A stretch of 48,081 nucleotides of DNA from Escherichia phage AN_ECEAS. Position numbers and translations under genes: made by a program. The stretch's first letter is position 1; each line of letters opens with the position of its first letter. The notes under the pieces are model-generated. The model made no database searches and was not told the DNA's origin. It worked only from the letters and a program-made list of their open reading frames with translations. This document shows positions 1 through 8,230 of this stretch, one piece after another. The stretch is taken from sequence record PP944860.1; one strand, 5' to 3'.

Positions 1-75
1 TTACTTCCAGTGCTTGGTTTCTTAATCCCATTCATCACAACCGAGCAGGAATGGTCAGTTGAGTTTAACCCTCTA
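1..75. repeat. terminal direct repeat (identical to 48007-48081)
   Basis: Exact 75-bp identity of the two window ends. Confidence 0.95.
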
Positions 76-285
76 GCTCAGGAATCGAAAAAGGACCGAG
101 CTGAAATACTGAAGAATAACGTTGATTCAATAGCCGCCCTCATCACTAACGGCGTAATGGATGCTGATGAAGCACGAGATACCTTGCGCGCATTAGCCCC
201 AGAGGTTAAGATTGGTGAGGGTTCGATTGCAAATGAGCAGCCCGCTCAGGAAGAATCACCAAAAGAGGAGCCTGCAATTGAATAA
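1..285 (+). CDS. putative portal protein, C-terminal part (continues in frame from 47020..48081 across the window junction)
   Basis: Frame 1 from base 1 continues the ORF that is open at 48081; bases 1-75 duplicate 48007-48081; gene sits directly after the terminase genes. Confidence 0.5.
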   Translation, partial: LLPVLGFLIPFITTEQEWSVEFNPLAQESKKDRAEILKNNVDSIAALITNGVMDADEARDTLRALAPEVKIGEGSIANEQPAQEESPKEEPAIE

Positions 286-305
286 TAAAGGTGAGGAGAA
301 TTGGG

Positions 306-1421
306 ATGTATAAGAATCGCTTTGATACAGCAACATTCAAAGCCACTATCGACGAGAACGGATTTCTCGTTGATACACCAGTAGTGGCAAGGTTGGGTGT
401 TCAGGTTTATTACATGGAGGATGGCTCAGTCGTTCGCGAATTCAGGCCAGCAGAAGAGGTGTTTAAAGAGGAGTCTCTAGCCAGCTATCAGGGTAAGCCA
501 ATGACTCTGGACCACGTATTCGTAAACTCTGATAACGCTAAAGATGTGGTTGTTGGCTCGGTAACTGGTAAAGCGGAGGCACTTGGCAGTACAGTTATTG
601 CGCCAATTGTTGTTTACTCCCAAGAGGCAATCGACGAAGCTCGAGCTGGTAACGCCAAGGAATTATCCGTCGGTTACTCGGCAGTTCTTGATGAAACTCC
701 AGGTTGGGGCGACCCGGCAACTGGTAAGTACATTCTTAGGACTGACAACACGCAGGGTTTGGACATACCCGCTGACTGGCAAGAATTCGACGCAATACAG
801 CGAGACATTAAGGTAAACCATTTAGCTATGGTGTTCAGTGGTAGGGCTGGAATTGCTAAGCTAAATATGGACGGGCAGCAAGAAAACCCGTATACTGACA
901 ACGTTGATTTAAATACTAAGGAAAACAAAATGACAGTTAAGATTAAGATTGACTCTGTTGAAGTTGAAGTGTCTAAAGAAGTTGCAGACCATATCTCCAA
1001 GATTAACTCTGCTGTTGAAGCGCAGAAAGCCAAGGTCGACTCCATTGAAGCTGAGCGTGATGCGCTTAAGGCTAAAGTTGATGCAATGCCAGCAGAAATC
1101 GAGAAAGCAGTTGCTAAAGCGAAAGCAGACGCAGACGCGCTCGCAGCTTTGGTTGCTGTTGCTGCTGAAGCTGGTGTTAAAGCTGATGGCCTGGATGCTA
1201 AAGGCATTAAGGTAGCTTACGTTAAAGAAGTCTCTGGTCTTGATGTTTCTGAGAAGTCTGACGCATACATCGACGCAGCGTTCGACATTGCCAAAGAATC
1301 TGATAAAATGGCTGAAGTACGTAAAGCGACTACCGCTTCCGATAAATCTGACAAGTCCGACAAGGCTGATAATATCGCTGACCTTGACCCGCGTGCTTGC
1401 CTCAAGAAAATTAAAAAGTAA
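306..1421 (+). CDS. head morphogenesis protein, possibly prohead protease/scaffold (Ala/Lys-rich helical C-terminus)
   Basis: ATG 306 with RBS AAAGGTGAGGAG; position between portal and capsid genes; C-terminal coiled-coil-like low-complexity segment. Confidence 0.35.
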   Translation: MYKNRFDTATFKATIDENGFLVDTPVVARLGVQVYYMEDGSVVREFRPAEEVFKEESLASYQGKPMTLDHVFVNSDNAKDVVVGSVTGKAEALGSTVIAPIVVYSQEAIDEARAGNAKELSVGYSAVLDETPGWGDPATGKYILRTDNTQGLDIPADWQEFDAIQRDIKVNHLAMVFSGRAGIAKLNMDGQQENPYTDNVDLNTKENKMTVKIKIDSVEVEVSKEVADHISKINSAVEAQKAKVDSIEAERDALKAKVDAMPAEIEKAVAKAKADADALAALVAVAAEAGVKADGLDAKGIKVAYVKEVSGLDVSEKSDAYIDAAFDIAKESDKMAEVRKATTASDKSDKSDKADNIADLDPRACLKKIKK

Positions 1422-1432
1422 GGAGATAGATA

Positions 1433-1936
1433 ATGGCAATTCGTTCTGTAGCACTGGCAGGTATGGTAGCTGATACTTCCCTGTATAATATCGATGGCGC
1501 TTGTGTAGTTGGCGGCAATGCTCAGGCTCGCATTCAGGTTGGCACAGCAGTCACTGTCACTCCAGACCCGCTAATCGATGGTCATAAAGTTGTTATCGCA
1601 GGTGCTTCAGCAACTCTTCCGGCTTACGGCGTTGTAGTTCGCTCTAGCTATGAAACTCCTGATGGCGCAGCTCGCGGCCAGGAAGCAGTTAACGTCATGA
1701 GTCATGGCCGCATCTGGATGCGCACCAGCCTGGCAGCAAAGCCAGCTTTCGGCTCTGAGGTTTTTGTAAATGGCTCTGGCGTTGCAGTCGCTGGCCCTGC
1801 TAGCGATTCAGTCTTCGCAACTGGCTGGACCTATGCTGGCGGCTTCGCTACAGCTTACACACCTGGTTTACTTCCGATTACCGAAGAACAATCCGTTGAT
1901 GGCGCAATCGTAGAAGTTCAGGTTAAGCAAAAGTAA
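1433..1936 (+). CDS. putative head decoration/minor capsid protein
   Basis: 167-aa ORF in head module, followed by a rho-independent terminator. Confidence 0.3.
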   Translation: MAIRSVALAGMVADTSLYNIDGACVVGGNAQARIQVGTAVTVTPDPLIDGHKVVIAGASATLPAYGVVVRSSYETPDGAARGQEAVNVMSHGRIWMRTSLAAKPAFGSEVFVNGSGVAVAGPASDSVFATGWTYAGGFATAYTPGLLPITEEQSVDGAIVEVQVKQK

Positions 1937-1956
1937 AATATCAAAGCTAAATTAAA

Positions 1957-1977
1957 GCCTCCTTCGGGAGGTTTTTT
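1957..1977 (+). terminator. rho-independent terminator
   Basis: GCCTCC-TTCG-GGAGGT stem-loop followed by T6. Confidence 0.7.
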
Positions 1978-1990
1978 ATTGCCTTTTATC

Positions 1991-1999
1991 TGATAGAAT
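1991..1999 (+). promoter_or_regulatory. extended -10 promoter candidate TGATAGAAT
   Basis: TGnTAGAAT; predicted start lies after ATG 1998, supporting ATG 2031 as the collagen-gene start. Confidence 0.35.
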
Positions 2000-2030
2000 G
2001 GTAATCACCACAAATAGTCAGGAGATTCAA

Positions 2031-3491
2031 ATGGAGTTAGTTGAAATCGCTTCAAATAGCTGCGAAGGACTTGAGGCAAAAGCGAAGGCTTTAATGCCAT
2101 CATTTCAGCCTTATGACAGTATTATTCTGGTAGGTGACTTGCCAGTCAGGTGTTTAATGGCGTCTGGAACAGACCTAAGCATTACTGATATCAAGTTCCT
2201 AACTTTCGGTAGCCGAGCAAGGCTAATCACTGAAATTAACAAGATGATTGCTGATGGTTGGGAGATTTTCGGCGAGCCAAAGGCTGACGCAAACAGATTT
2301 GGCACAATTATGACCAAAGGCTTTCAGGGCGCTAAGGGTACGGCTGGTGTCGCTGGCCCGCAAGGTCCGCAGGGCGTTCAGGGTTTGCAGGGTCCAGAAG
2401 GCCCGCAAGGTCCAAAAGGTAATGATGGCGATGATGGTTCTCAAGGTGAGCGAGGACCACAAGGTCCGCAGGGTATCCGTGGCGAGCAAGGCGTTCAAGG
2501 TCCGCAGGGCATCCAGGGGCCAATCGGCTTAACTGGTGATACAGGTCAGCAGGGGCCAGCTGGTCCAACTGGTGCTACTGGTCCTCGTGGACCTCAAGGT
2601 GTGCAAGGTGAGGCTGGTCCTGCTGGCGCTACAGGTCTGGAATTTAAAGGCGCATGGGCTCCAGGTATCGAATACAAAGCAAACGACGCAGTGGCTTATA
2701 ACGGTTCAACATGGTTTGCTGTGACTGGAAATACAGACGAGACACCAGGGACGGGAACATCATGGCAGGTAATGGCATCACAAGGTTCTCGCGGACCAGC
2801 CGGACCAGAAGGCCCGCAAGGTGATGTTGGCCCGCAAGGTGAGCAAGGAATTCAAGGACCAATCGGAGCAACTGGACCATCTGGACCTCAGGGCGCAAAA
2901 GGTGATACAGGAGACACTGGACCAGCAGGACCAGAAGGACCACAAGGTTTAACTGGACCAGCCGGACCGCAAGGCATTCAAGGACCAGCTGGTGTTCGAG
3001 GTGCTACTGGTGCAACTGGTGTAAACGGAGCTAATGGCGCCACAGGACCGCAAGGGCCAGCTGGACCAAATGGTGATTCAGGTCTTAATTACACATATCA
3101 GAAATGGTCAAACGTAGCAAATGGCGTTGGGTATGTAACAATCCCCGGGATGCCTAATACACAAATAGGAGTTAACAGGAATTCTGCCGGAGCAATTGTG
3201 TACACTCTCTATAGTACTGGTGGAACCGTTAGGTATCTTGATTGGCGCGCTGAGATACCATCATATGATACAAATGCAATAACCACGGCTGCTGGCACGG
3301 CGACAACACCAAGCTCTGCTGGTGTAATAGCAACGATGAATACCGTTTTATATAATGGGTTAAGATCAGTCAAATTTATAATTAAGGATTGGGGCGCATC
3401 AAGGATTGCTGTAATTGAATGTTACCAACACGGAAGGGCTAACTCAGACGCGAGGCCTGTTACTATCGAGATGCGCTCATTCTCTTACTAA
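2031..3491 (+). CDS. collagen-like (Gly-X-Y) fibre protein with a CBM5/12-like insert between two triple-helix tracts
   Basis: Two long uninterrupted G-X-Y tracts (approx 2319-2636 and 2784-3083); ATG 2031 has RBS AGGAG whereas ATG 1998 has none; extended -10 upstream. Confidence 0.7.
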   Translation: MELVEIASNSCEGLEAKAKALMPSFQPYDSIILVGDLPVRCLMASGTDLSITDIKFLTFGSRARLITEINKMIADGWEIFGEPKADANRFGTIMTKGFQGAKGTAGVAGPQGPQGVQGLQGPEGPQGPKGNDGDDGSQGERGPQGPQGIRGEQGVQGPQGIQGPIGLTGDTGQQGPAGPTGATGPRGPQGVQGEAGPAGATGLEFKGAWAPGIEYKANDAVAYNGSTWFAVTGNTDETPGTGTSWQVMASQGSRGPAGPEGPQGDVGPQGEQGIQGPIGATGPSGPQGAKGDTGDTGPAGPEGPQGLTGPAGPQGIQGPAGVRGATGATGVNGANGATGPQGPAGPNGDSGLNYTYQKWSNVANGVGYVTIPGMPNTQIGVNRNSAGAIVYTLYSTGGTVRYLDWRAEIPSYDTNAITTAAGTATTPSSAGVIATMNTVLYNGLRSVKFIIKDWGASRIAVIECYQHGRANSDARPVTIEMRSFSY

Positions 3492-3516
3492 CTTCGACGC
3501 CTCAAGGAAGAGGCTA

Positions 3517-3544
3517 TTGCTACACCTGAAAACTCGTGTATAAT
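3517..3544 (+). promoter_or_regulatory. sigma70-type promoter candidate (TTGCTA - 16 bp - TATAAT) for the capsid gene
   Basis: -35 3517-3522, -10 3539-3544. Confidence 0.5.
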
Positions 3545-3581
3545 TAATCTCGTAATCTATTAACTAAAAGGAAGATACAGA

Positions 3582-4526
3582 ATGGCTATTAAGTTTGACG
3601 CTGAACAAGCGAAAATCACTGCTCACCTAGAGCAGATGGGCGTAGATAAAGCTGACGCCGCTGGCATCTGGACCGTCAAGCAACTGACACAGACCCTGAA
3701 GCGCAACTACGAGCGTGAATATACCGACAACTCTGTTGTTAATATCTTCCCGATCAGTAACGAAATCCCTGCTTCTGCTAAATACTTCGAGTACCCAGAA
3801 TTCGATGGCGTTTCAATCGCTCAGATTATCGCAGACTACTCCGATGACCTGCCGCTTGTTGACGCGTTCATGACTGAGAAACAAGGTAAAGTGTTCCGCT
3901 TCGGTAACGCATTCCTGATCTCCATCGATGAAATCGCAGCTGGTGCAGCAACTGGTCAATCTCTGTCTGCTCGTAAACAGGCTCTGGCTTTTGAAGCTCA
4001 CGACAACCTGCTTGACAAACTGGTATGGTTTGGCTCTGCTCCGCACGGTATTAACAGCGTATTTAATACCCCCAACGCAAGCCGCGTAACCCCGAACGCA
4101 TGGGTTGATGCCGCTGCTGCTGTTAACGATATCACTCGAATGATTGATGCTATCGAAACTAACACGCAGGGTATGCATACTGCTACTGATATCATTCTGC
4201 CAGCCTCCGCTCGCCGCTTGATGCAGCAACTGGTTCCTGGTACTACGATTAGCTATGCTCAGCTGTTCGCAACTAACAATACCAGCGTAAATATTCGCTA
4301 TTTGCAGTTCCTGGACGATATTGATGGCGCTGGCACTAAAGCAGCTCTGGCGTTTGAAAAAGACCCGCTGAACATGAGTATTGAAATTCCTGAGGCAACC
4401 CACGTATTGCCGGGTCAGCCGAAAGATTTGCATTTCAAATACCCTGTTACTTCCAAGTCTACAGGTCTGGTTGTTTACCGACCTCTGACTCTTGCTATCA
4501 TGTCTGGCATCGAAATTACCGCATAA
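3582..4526 (+). CDS. putative major capsid protein
   Basis: 314 aa; strong sigma70-like promoter upstream, RBS AAGGAAG, strong terminator directly downstream; position in head module. Confidence 0.5.
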   Translation: MAIKFDAEQAKITAHLEQMGVDKADAAGIWTVKQLTQTLKRNYEREYTDNSVVNIFPISNEIPASAKYFEYPEFDGVSIAQIIADYSDDLPLVDAFMTEKQGKVFRFGNAFLISIDEIAAGAATGQSLSARKQALAFEAHDNLLDKLVWFGSAPHGINSVFNTPNASRVTPNAWVDAAAAVNDITRMIDAIETNTQGMHTATDIILPASARRLMQQLVPGTTISYAQLFATNNTSVNIRYLQFLDDIDGAGTKAALAFEKDPLNMSIEIPEATHVLPGQPKDLHFKYPVTSKSTGLVVYRPLTLAIMSGIEITA

Positions 4527-4531
4527 TCACC

Positions 4532-4553
4532 GCCCTCTCCGGAGGGCTTTTTT
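4532..4553 (+). terminator. rho-independent terminator after capsid gene
   Basis: GCCCTC-TCCG-GAGGGC stem-loop plus T6. Confidence 0.75.
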
Positions 4554-4616
4554 ACGTCTGTACGAAGGCGTGTTTGTGCGATATAATTCACTCCTAAGAT
4601 AACAAAGGAGATTAAA

Positions 4617-4862
4617 ATGGTACGTTTAGAACACATTGGCGCATGCTCAGTTAACTACAAGGATAAATATTACCTTCCTGGTGATATCATTGAGGCTGAT
4701 GAAATCTGTACTGGCCTTAAAGCACTCATCGCTCAGGGTATTCTTGAGATTGAAGGTGACGGTAAGACTTCAAAGCAGATCGCGTTAGAGGTTAAGGCGA
4801 AATCTAGGCGCAAAGAACCGAAGACCATTGACGAAGCTCAGACTGGTCAGGAATATAAATAA
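4617..4862 (+). CDS. hypothetical protein (single-gene unit between two terminators)
   Basis: ORF with RBS AAAGGAG, flanked by terminators at 4532-4553 and 4869-4890. Confidence 0.5.
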   Translation: MVRLEHIGACSVNYKDKYYLPGDIIEADEICTGLKALIAQGILEIEGDGKTSKQIALEVKAKSRRKEPKTIDEAQTGQEYK

Positions 4863-4868
4863 CCAAAT

Positions 4869-4890
4869 GGGCGCTTCGGCGTCCGTTTTT
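4869..4890 (+). terminator. rho-independent terminator
   Basis: GGGCGC-TTCG-GCGTCC stem-loop plus T5. Confidence 0.6.
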
Positions 4891-4903
4891 GTATGGAGGT
4901 TTT

Positions 4904-5299
4904 ATGAACGAACAAGCATTGGCCTTTATGAGGTCACTAGTTCCAGCTTTGCGTAACGTGCAAGATGAAACGCTGGATGTATGGCTTGAACTTGCTAAAC
5001 TTTACATCTGCACCAGTAAATTTGGTGATGATGCTTACAAGGCGCTTGCACTGTACACTATGCACATCGCCTTTCTTGATGGTGCGCTTAAGCAGAATGA
5101 GTCTTTGGATGATTATGGCAAGAAGGTGACTAGTTACTCCCTGAGTGGTGAATTTTCCATTAGCTATGAATCAACATCTCAATCGCAGTCAGCACTAACA
5201 GCAACTCCGTGGGGCCGACTGTACTGGAATCTTCTACGTAAGAAAGGTGGTGGATTTGGCTTAATTACGTCCACTTGGCGTGGGTGTGGTTGCCTATGA
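4904..5299 (+). CDS. putative head-tail adaptor protein
   Basis: ORF with RBS GGAGG before ATG 4904; position between capsid and tail genes. Confidence 0.3.
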   Translation: MNEQALAFMRSLVPALRNVQDETLDVWLELAKLYICTSKFGDDAYKALALYTMHIAFLDGALKQNESLDDYGKKVTSYSLSGEFSISYESTSQSQSALTATPWGRLYWNLLRKKGGGFGLITSTWRGCGCL

Positions 5300-5667
5300 A
5301 TTACTCACAAGTCGAATCATTGATGCGAACTGGCATCAATATCTTTAGTGATGGTGACGGAATCTTTACCATGGAAACTGGCAAAGGCGGTGTAGAAATT
5401 GTTGATGGCGTAGAAGTTCCTGTATCTGGTGGCACTGCATTAATCAAGGGGCTGGTGAGGGGAATTAAAACCAGGGATATTGATGGTGAGTATATCCAGT
5501 TTGGTGATAAGCGAGGAATCTTTACTTCTGAAGTTCCAATCTTACAGGGGTGCAGGATTATTGTGGACGATGAAACTTACACGGTAGTTGACCCGAGGCC
5601 AGTTAAACCAACAGGTACTGTAGTCGCATATAGGCCAATCCTAAGGAGGGTTGCTACTTATGGCTAA
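5296..5667 (+). CDS. putative head closure/connector protein
   Basis: ATG 5296 overlaps upstream stop (ATGA); position. Confidence 0.3.
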   Translation: MNYSQVESLMRTGINIFSDGDGIFTMETGKGGVEIVDGVEVPVSGGTALIKGLVRGIKTRDIDGEYIQFGDKRGIFTSEVPILQGCRIIVDDETYTVVDPRPVKPTGTVVAYRPILRRVATYG

Positions 5668-6103
5668 GTTTGGTGGAAACCTCGAGGTTCAGACTTTCTA
5701 CAAAGACATTAACGGATGGATTGCGTTCGTTGAAGATTCCGTGAAGGATGTTGTTTATCTAACTGTTGAGAAGGCGTCTGAGGATATTGTAAAGCTATCC
5801 CCGGTTGACACAGGAAGATTTAAAGGCAACTGGCAGGTTACTGCGAACGCCCCAGCACAACAGGCACTTATCGACAGGGATGTTGCTGGCTCAGATACAA
5901 TAGCAAGGCTAAAGAGACAGGCGAGAGCTGTAGCTAATGCACAATCTACCAAGGTAATTTTCATATCTAACGTCGTTGATTATAGCGTTCATCTTGAGTA
6001 TGGTTCTTCATTGCAAGCGCCAAACGGGGTTCTTGGAGTGGTTGAGACAAGGTTAGGCAGGTATTTCTCTGAAGCGGTCGAGGAATCAAGGAGAAAACGA
6101 TAA
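5660..6103 (+). CDS. putative tail completion protein
   Basis: ATG 5660 with RBS AAGGAGG; position. Confidence 0.3.
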   Translation: MAKFGGNLEVQTFYKDINGWIAFVEDSVKDVVYLTVEKASEDIVKLSPVDTGRFKGNWQVTANAPAQQALIDRDVAGSDTIARLKRQARAVANAQSTKVIFISNVVDYSVHLEYGSSLQAPNGVLGVVETRLGRYFSEAVEESRRKR

Positions 6104-6501
6104 TGCAATATGAACTATCTTTAGCAGCAAGGAGGTTTGTAACTGATTTGGTTAAAACATTTCCAGTCAGGTATCCAATCTCCTACGAAAACGTAGCCTT
6201 TTCTCCACCAAGAAATGGTGGGATGTGGCTGAAATACGACTATACTGAGGCTGATACAGTAACCTATAGCTTGAGTCGAAAGTGCAAATACTATGTAGGC
6301 ATGGTTCAGTTATCTGTCTTTTTCTCCCCTGGTGATGGCGTTGATAAAGCGAGGAAACTAGCTAATCAATTGGCAGAATCAATGCTTGATGGTACAATGC
6401 TTGACACAGGCTACATTTATGAGGGCGGAGTAGTTCACCCGGTAGTGAAGTCAAAATCTGGCTGGTTTATTCCAGTTCGTTTCTATGTTCGTCTTGACTA
6501 A
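6103..6501 (+). CDS. putative tail terminator protein
   Basis: Translationally coupled ORF immediately upstream of the major tail gene. Confidence 0.3.
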   Translation: MQYELSLAARRFVTDLVKTFPVRYPISYENVAFSPPRNGGMWLKYDYTEADTVTYSLSRKCKYYVGMVQLSVFFSPGDGVDKARKLANQLAESMLDGTMLDTGYIYEGGVVHPVVKSKSGWFIPVRFYVRLD

Positions 6502-6512
6502 AAGGAAAATAT

Positions 6513-7172
6513 ATGGCCCATCTCAGCAATGGCACCCAGGTGTTCGTAGAAGGCACCAGGGGTGATACTATCGACGTAACGGCAATTTCCAACGCTGTTA
6601 CTCCTGTTTTAACTTTGTCCAGCGTGGCAGACATTGCACGCGGTGACTACCTGTTGTTTACCAGCTCTGCTTCAACTCTGCTTGCTGATAAGCAAGTTCG
6701 CGTTACCGCTGTAACTGGTTCCACTGTAACTGTTGAAGGTATTGATACCTCCAGCACCACTAAGTTCCCTGCTGGTTTAACTGGTGAAGTGGTTAAGATT
6801 CTTAGCTGGTTTGAGGTTCCTTGCGTTCAAGACGTATCCACTGACGGCGGCGAGCAGCAGTTCGTTAACTTCCAGTGTTTGTCCGATAACCGTGAGCAAC
6901 AGATTCCAACTTACAAGTCCGCGGTAACCAACACCTATACGTTCGCGCACGAATACACCAACCCGGTATATCCGATTCTGCGTAACTATGATGAGTCTGG
7001 CCAGGTTGTTGCAATTCGCCTGTTCGTACCTCGAGCCAGTGAAATGCGTCTTCAGTCAGGAACTATCGCTTTCAACGACACCCCGAGCATTGGTGTTAAC
7101 GAAATCGAAACGGTATCCATCGCTGTTTCTATTCGCGGAAGGCTAAGTTCCGTAGCTTCTGAGCTAGCATAA
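6513..7172 (+). CDS. putative major tail protein
   Basis: 219 aa, RBS AAAAGGAAA, strong terminator downstream, precedes chaperone and tape-measure genes. Confidence 0.5.
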   Translation: MAHLSNGTQVFVEGTRGDTIDVTAISNAVTPVLTLSSVADIARGDYLLFTSSASTLLADKQVRVTAVTGSTVTVEGIDTSSTTKFPAGLTGEVVKILSWFEVPCVQDVSTDGGEQQFVNFQCLSDNREQQIPTYKSAVTNTYTFAHEYTNPVYPILRNYDESGQVVAIRLFVPRASEMRLQSGTIAFNDTPSIGVNEIETVSIAVSIRGRLSSVASELA

Positions 7173-7177
7173 TAACC

Positions 7178-7200
7178 AACCCTCTTCGGAGGGTTTTTTA
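7178..7200 (+). terminator. rho-independent terminator after major tail gene
   Basis: CCCTC-TTCG-GAGGG stem-loop plus T6. Confidence 0.75.
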
Positions 7201-7203
7201 TTG

Positions 7204-7222
7204 ATAGCACTTTTTGTTAAAG
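7204..7222 (+). promoter_or_regulatory. dyad-motif promoter element ATAGCACTTTTTGTTAAAG
   Basis: TAGCA-N5-TGTTA; TATAGT 7242-7247; CATCGAAA start region; 27-nt leader to ATG 7281. Confidence 0.6.
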
Positions 7223-7280
7223 GCTAAGTCGCGGATTGCTGTATAGTTCATTCATCGAAAAGAAATGAGAGATTAATGAA

Positions 7281-7529
7281 ATGAACAACGTAAAAAACAT
7301 CATCAAACTTGCCGCTGCTCTTGGTGCTTTCTACCTGGCAATTCAGATTGTTAACCCAACTGGTAGCGCAACCGCAAACTCTGATGCAATAAAATATCAG
7401 ACCAAATTCAATAGCGCATATTCATACTGTGAAAAAGTTGCTGGCGATAAAGTTAATCAGATTATGACGCATGGTCGCGAAGTGTGCACCGAAGTTGCTC
7501 ACAACATTGTAAAAAACGAATCAAAGTAA
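7281..7529 (+). CDS. small protein with N-terminal signal/TM segment (moron inside tail module)
   Basis: Hydrophobic N-terminus KLAAALGAFYLAIQIV; own dyad-motif promoter at 7204-7222 placed right after a terminator. Confidence 0.5.
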   Translation: MNNVKNIIKLAAALGAFYLAIQIVNPTGSATANSDAIKYQTKFNSAYSYCEKVAGDKVNQIMTHGREVCTEVAHNIVKNESK

Positions 7530-7564
7530 TATAATAATTCAACATAAACAAAGGAGATAACGAG

Positions 7565-7879
7565 ATGGCAAAATTTAAACTTTCACTAAAGGCGCTGCCT
7601 GACTTTAAACTTCCAGTTAAGTTTCAGCTTGCGAATGGTGAAGATGCGGAAGTGGTACTGACGGTTAAGCACAAGAAATCATCCGAGTTGCAGGAGATTC
7701 TTAATCGTGAGAACTTCAGTACTAAAGAATTGATTAACGAAATCTGCTCTGATTGGGATTTAGAAGAGCCATTTAACGATGAGAACGTAGATGAGTTCAC
7801 CAACCTTTTTCCGGGCGCTGTGCCATCGTTGATGGATAGCTACATGAAAGCTCTGGCAGGTCAGCGAGTAAAAAACTAA
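7565..7879 (+). CDS. tail assembly chaperone (G-like)
   Basis: Small ORF immediately upstream of tape measure; ends in slippery heptamer A_AAA_AAC. Confidence 0.6.
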   Translation: MAKFKLSLKALPDFKLPVKFQLANGEDAEVVLTVKHKKSSELQEILNRENFSTKELINEICSDWDLEEPFNDENVDEFTNLFPGAVPSLMDSYMKALAGQRVKN

Positions 7880-8193
7880 AACGCGCAGTATACTTACAAT
7901 ACCAGTCACCGCCAACGGATGCTGAACTCGAAGCTATCGGAATGAAACGTTCCGATTATGAAGGTGATGAGCCTGAAGAGTTATACTTCGATGAAACAAT
8001 GATGCAAAGCTGGGATGTGTACTGTGCCATGTCAACTCAATGGCGAGTAGGGGCTTGCGGTGCCACAGGCCTTGATTATAATTGCCTTCCATTCTTGTTC
8101 AAAGTCTATAAAATAGATGATGACGAAATGGTACTTAACGACATCAGAATACTTGAGGCTAAAGCCTTAGATATGATGAACGCCAAGAAATAG
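7565..8193 (+). CDS. tail assembly chaperone -1 frameshift fusion product (G-T-like); slip at 7870-7876
   Basis: The -1 frame is open from 7840 to 8193 and overlaps the 3' end of the G-like ORF; heptamer AAAAAAC lies in the overlap. Confidence 0.55.
7870..7876 (+). other. programmed -1 ribosomal frameshift slippery heptamer A_AAA_AAC
   Basis: X_XXY_YYZ heptamer in zero frame of 7565..7879, two codons before its stop; -1 frame continues to 8193. Confidence 0.6.
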
Positions 8194-8216
8194 CCATCCT
8201 TCGGGGTGGCTTTTTT
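8193..8216 (+). terminator. rho-independent terminator-like hairpin before tape-measure gene (possibly attenuating)
   Basis: GCCATCC-TTCG-GGGTGGC stem-loop plus T6. Confidence 0.6.
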
Positions 8217-8230
8217 ATTATGGAGACAAC

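Noticed and set aside
674-1454. Antisense and alternative-frame ORFs inside 306..1421 (674..1207 -, 909..1454 -, 949..1215 +, 1240..1473 +)
   Set aside because: Embedded in a longer ORF with RBS; products are low-complexity artefacts of the Ala/Lys-rich coding strand.
2111-2943. Multiple overlapping ORFs on both strands within the collagen-like gene
   Set aside because: Artefacts of the G-X-Y triplet periodicity, which keeps other frames open.
2319-3083. Possible CRISPR-like or tandem-repeat array suggested by strong 9-bp periodicity
   Set aside because: The periodicity is protein-level Gly-X-Y repetition inside an ORF; no direct repeats separated by unique spacers.
7204-7222. Reading the motif TTGCTA arm as a standard sigma70 -35 hexamer
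   Set aside because: It lies 22 bp (not 16-18) from the conserved -10-like hexamer in nearly all copies; the dyad centre near -42 fits an activator site better.
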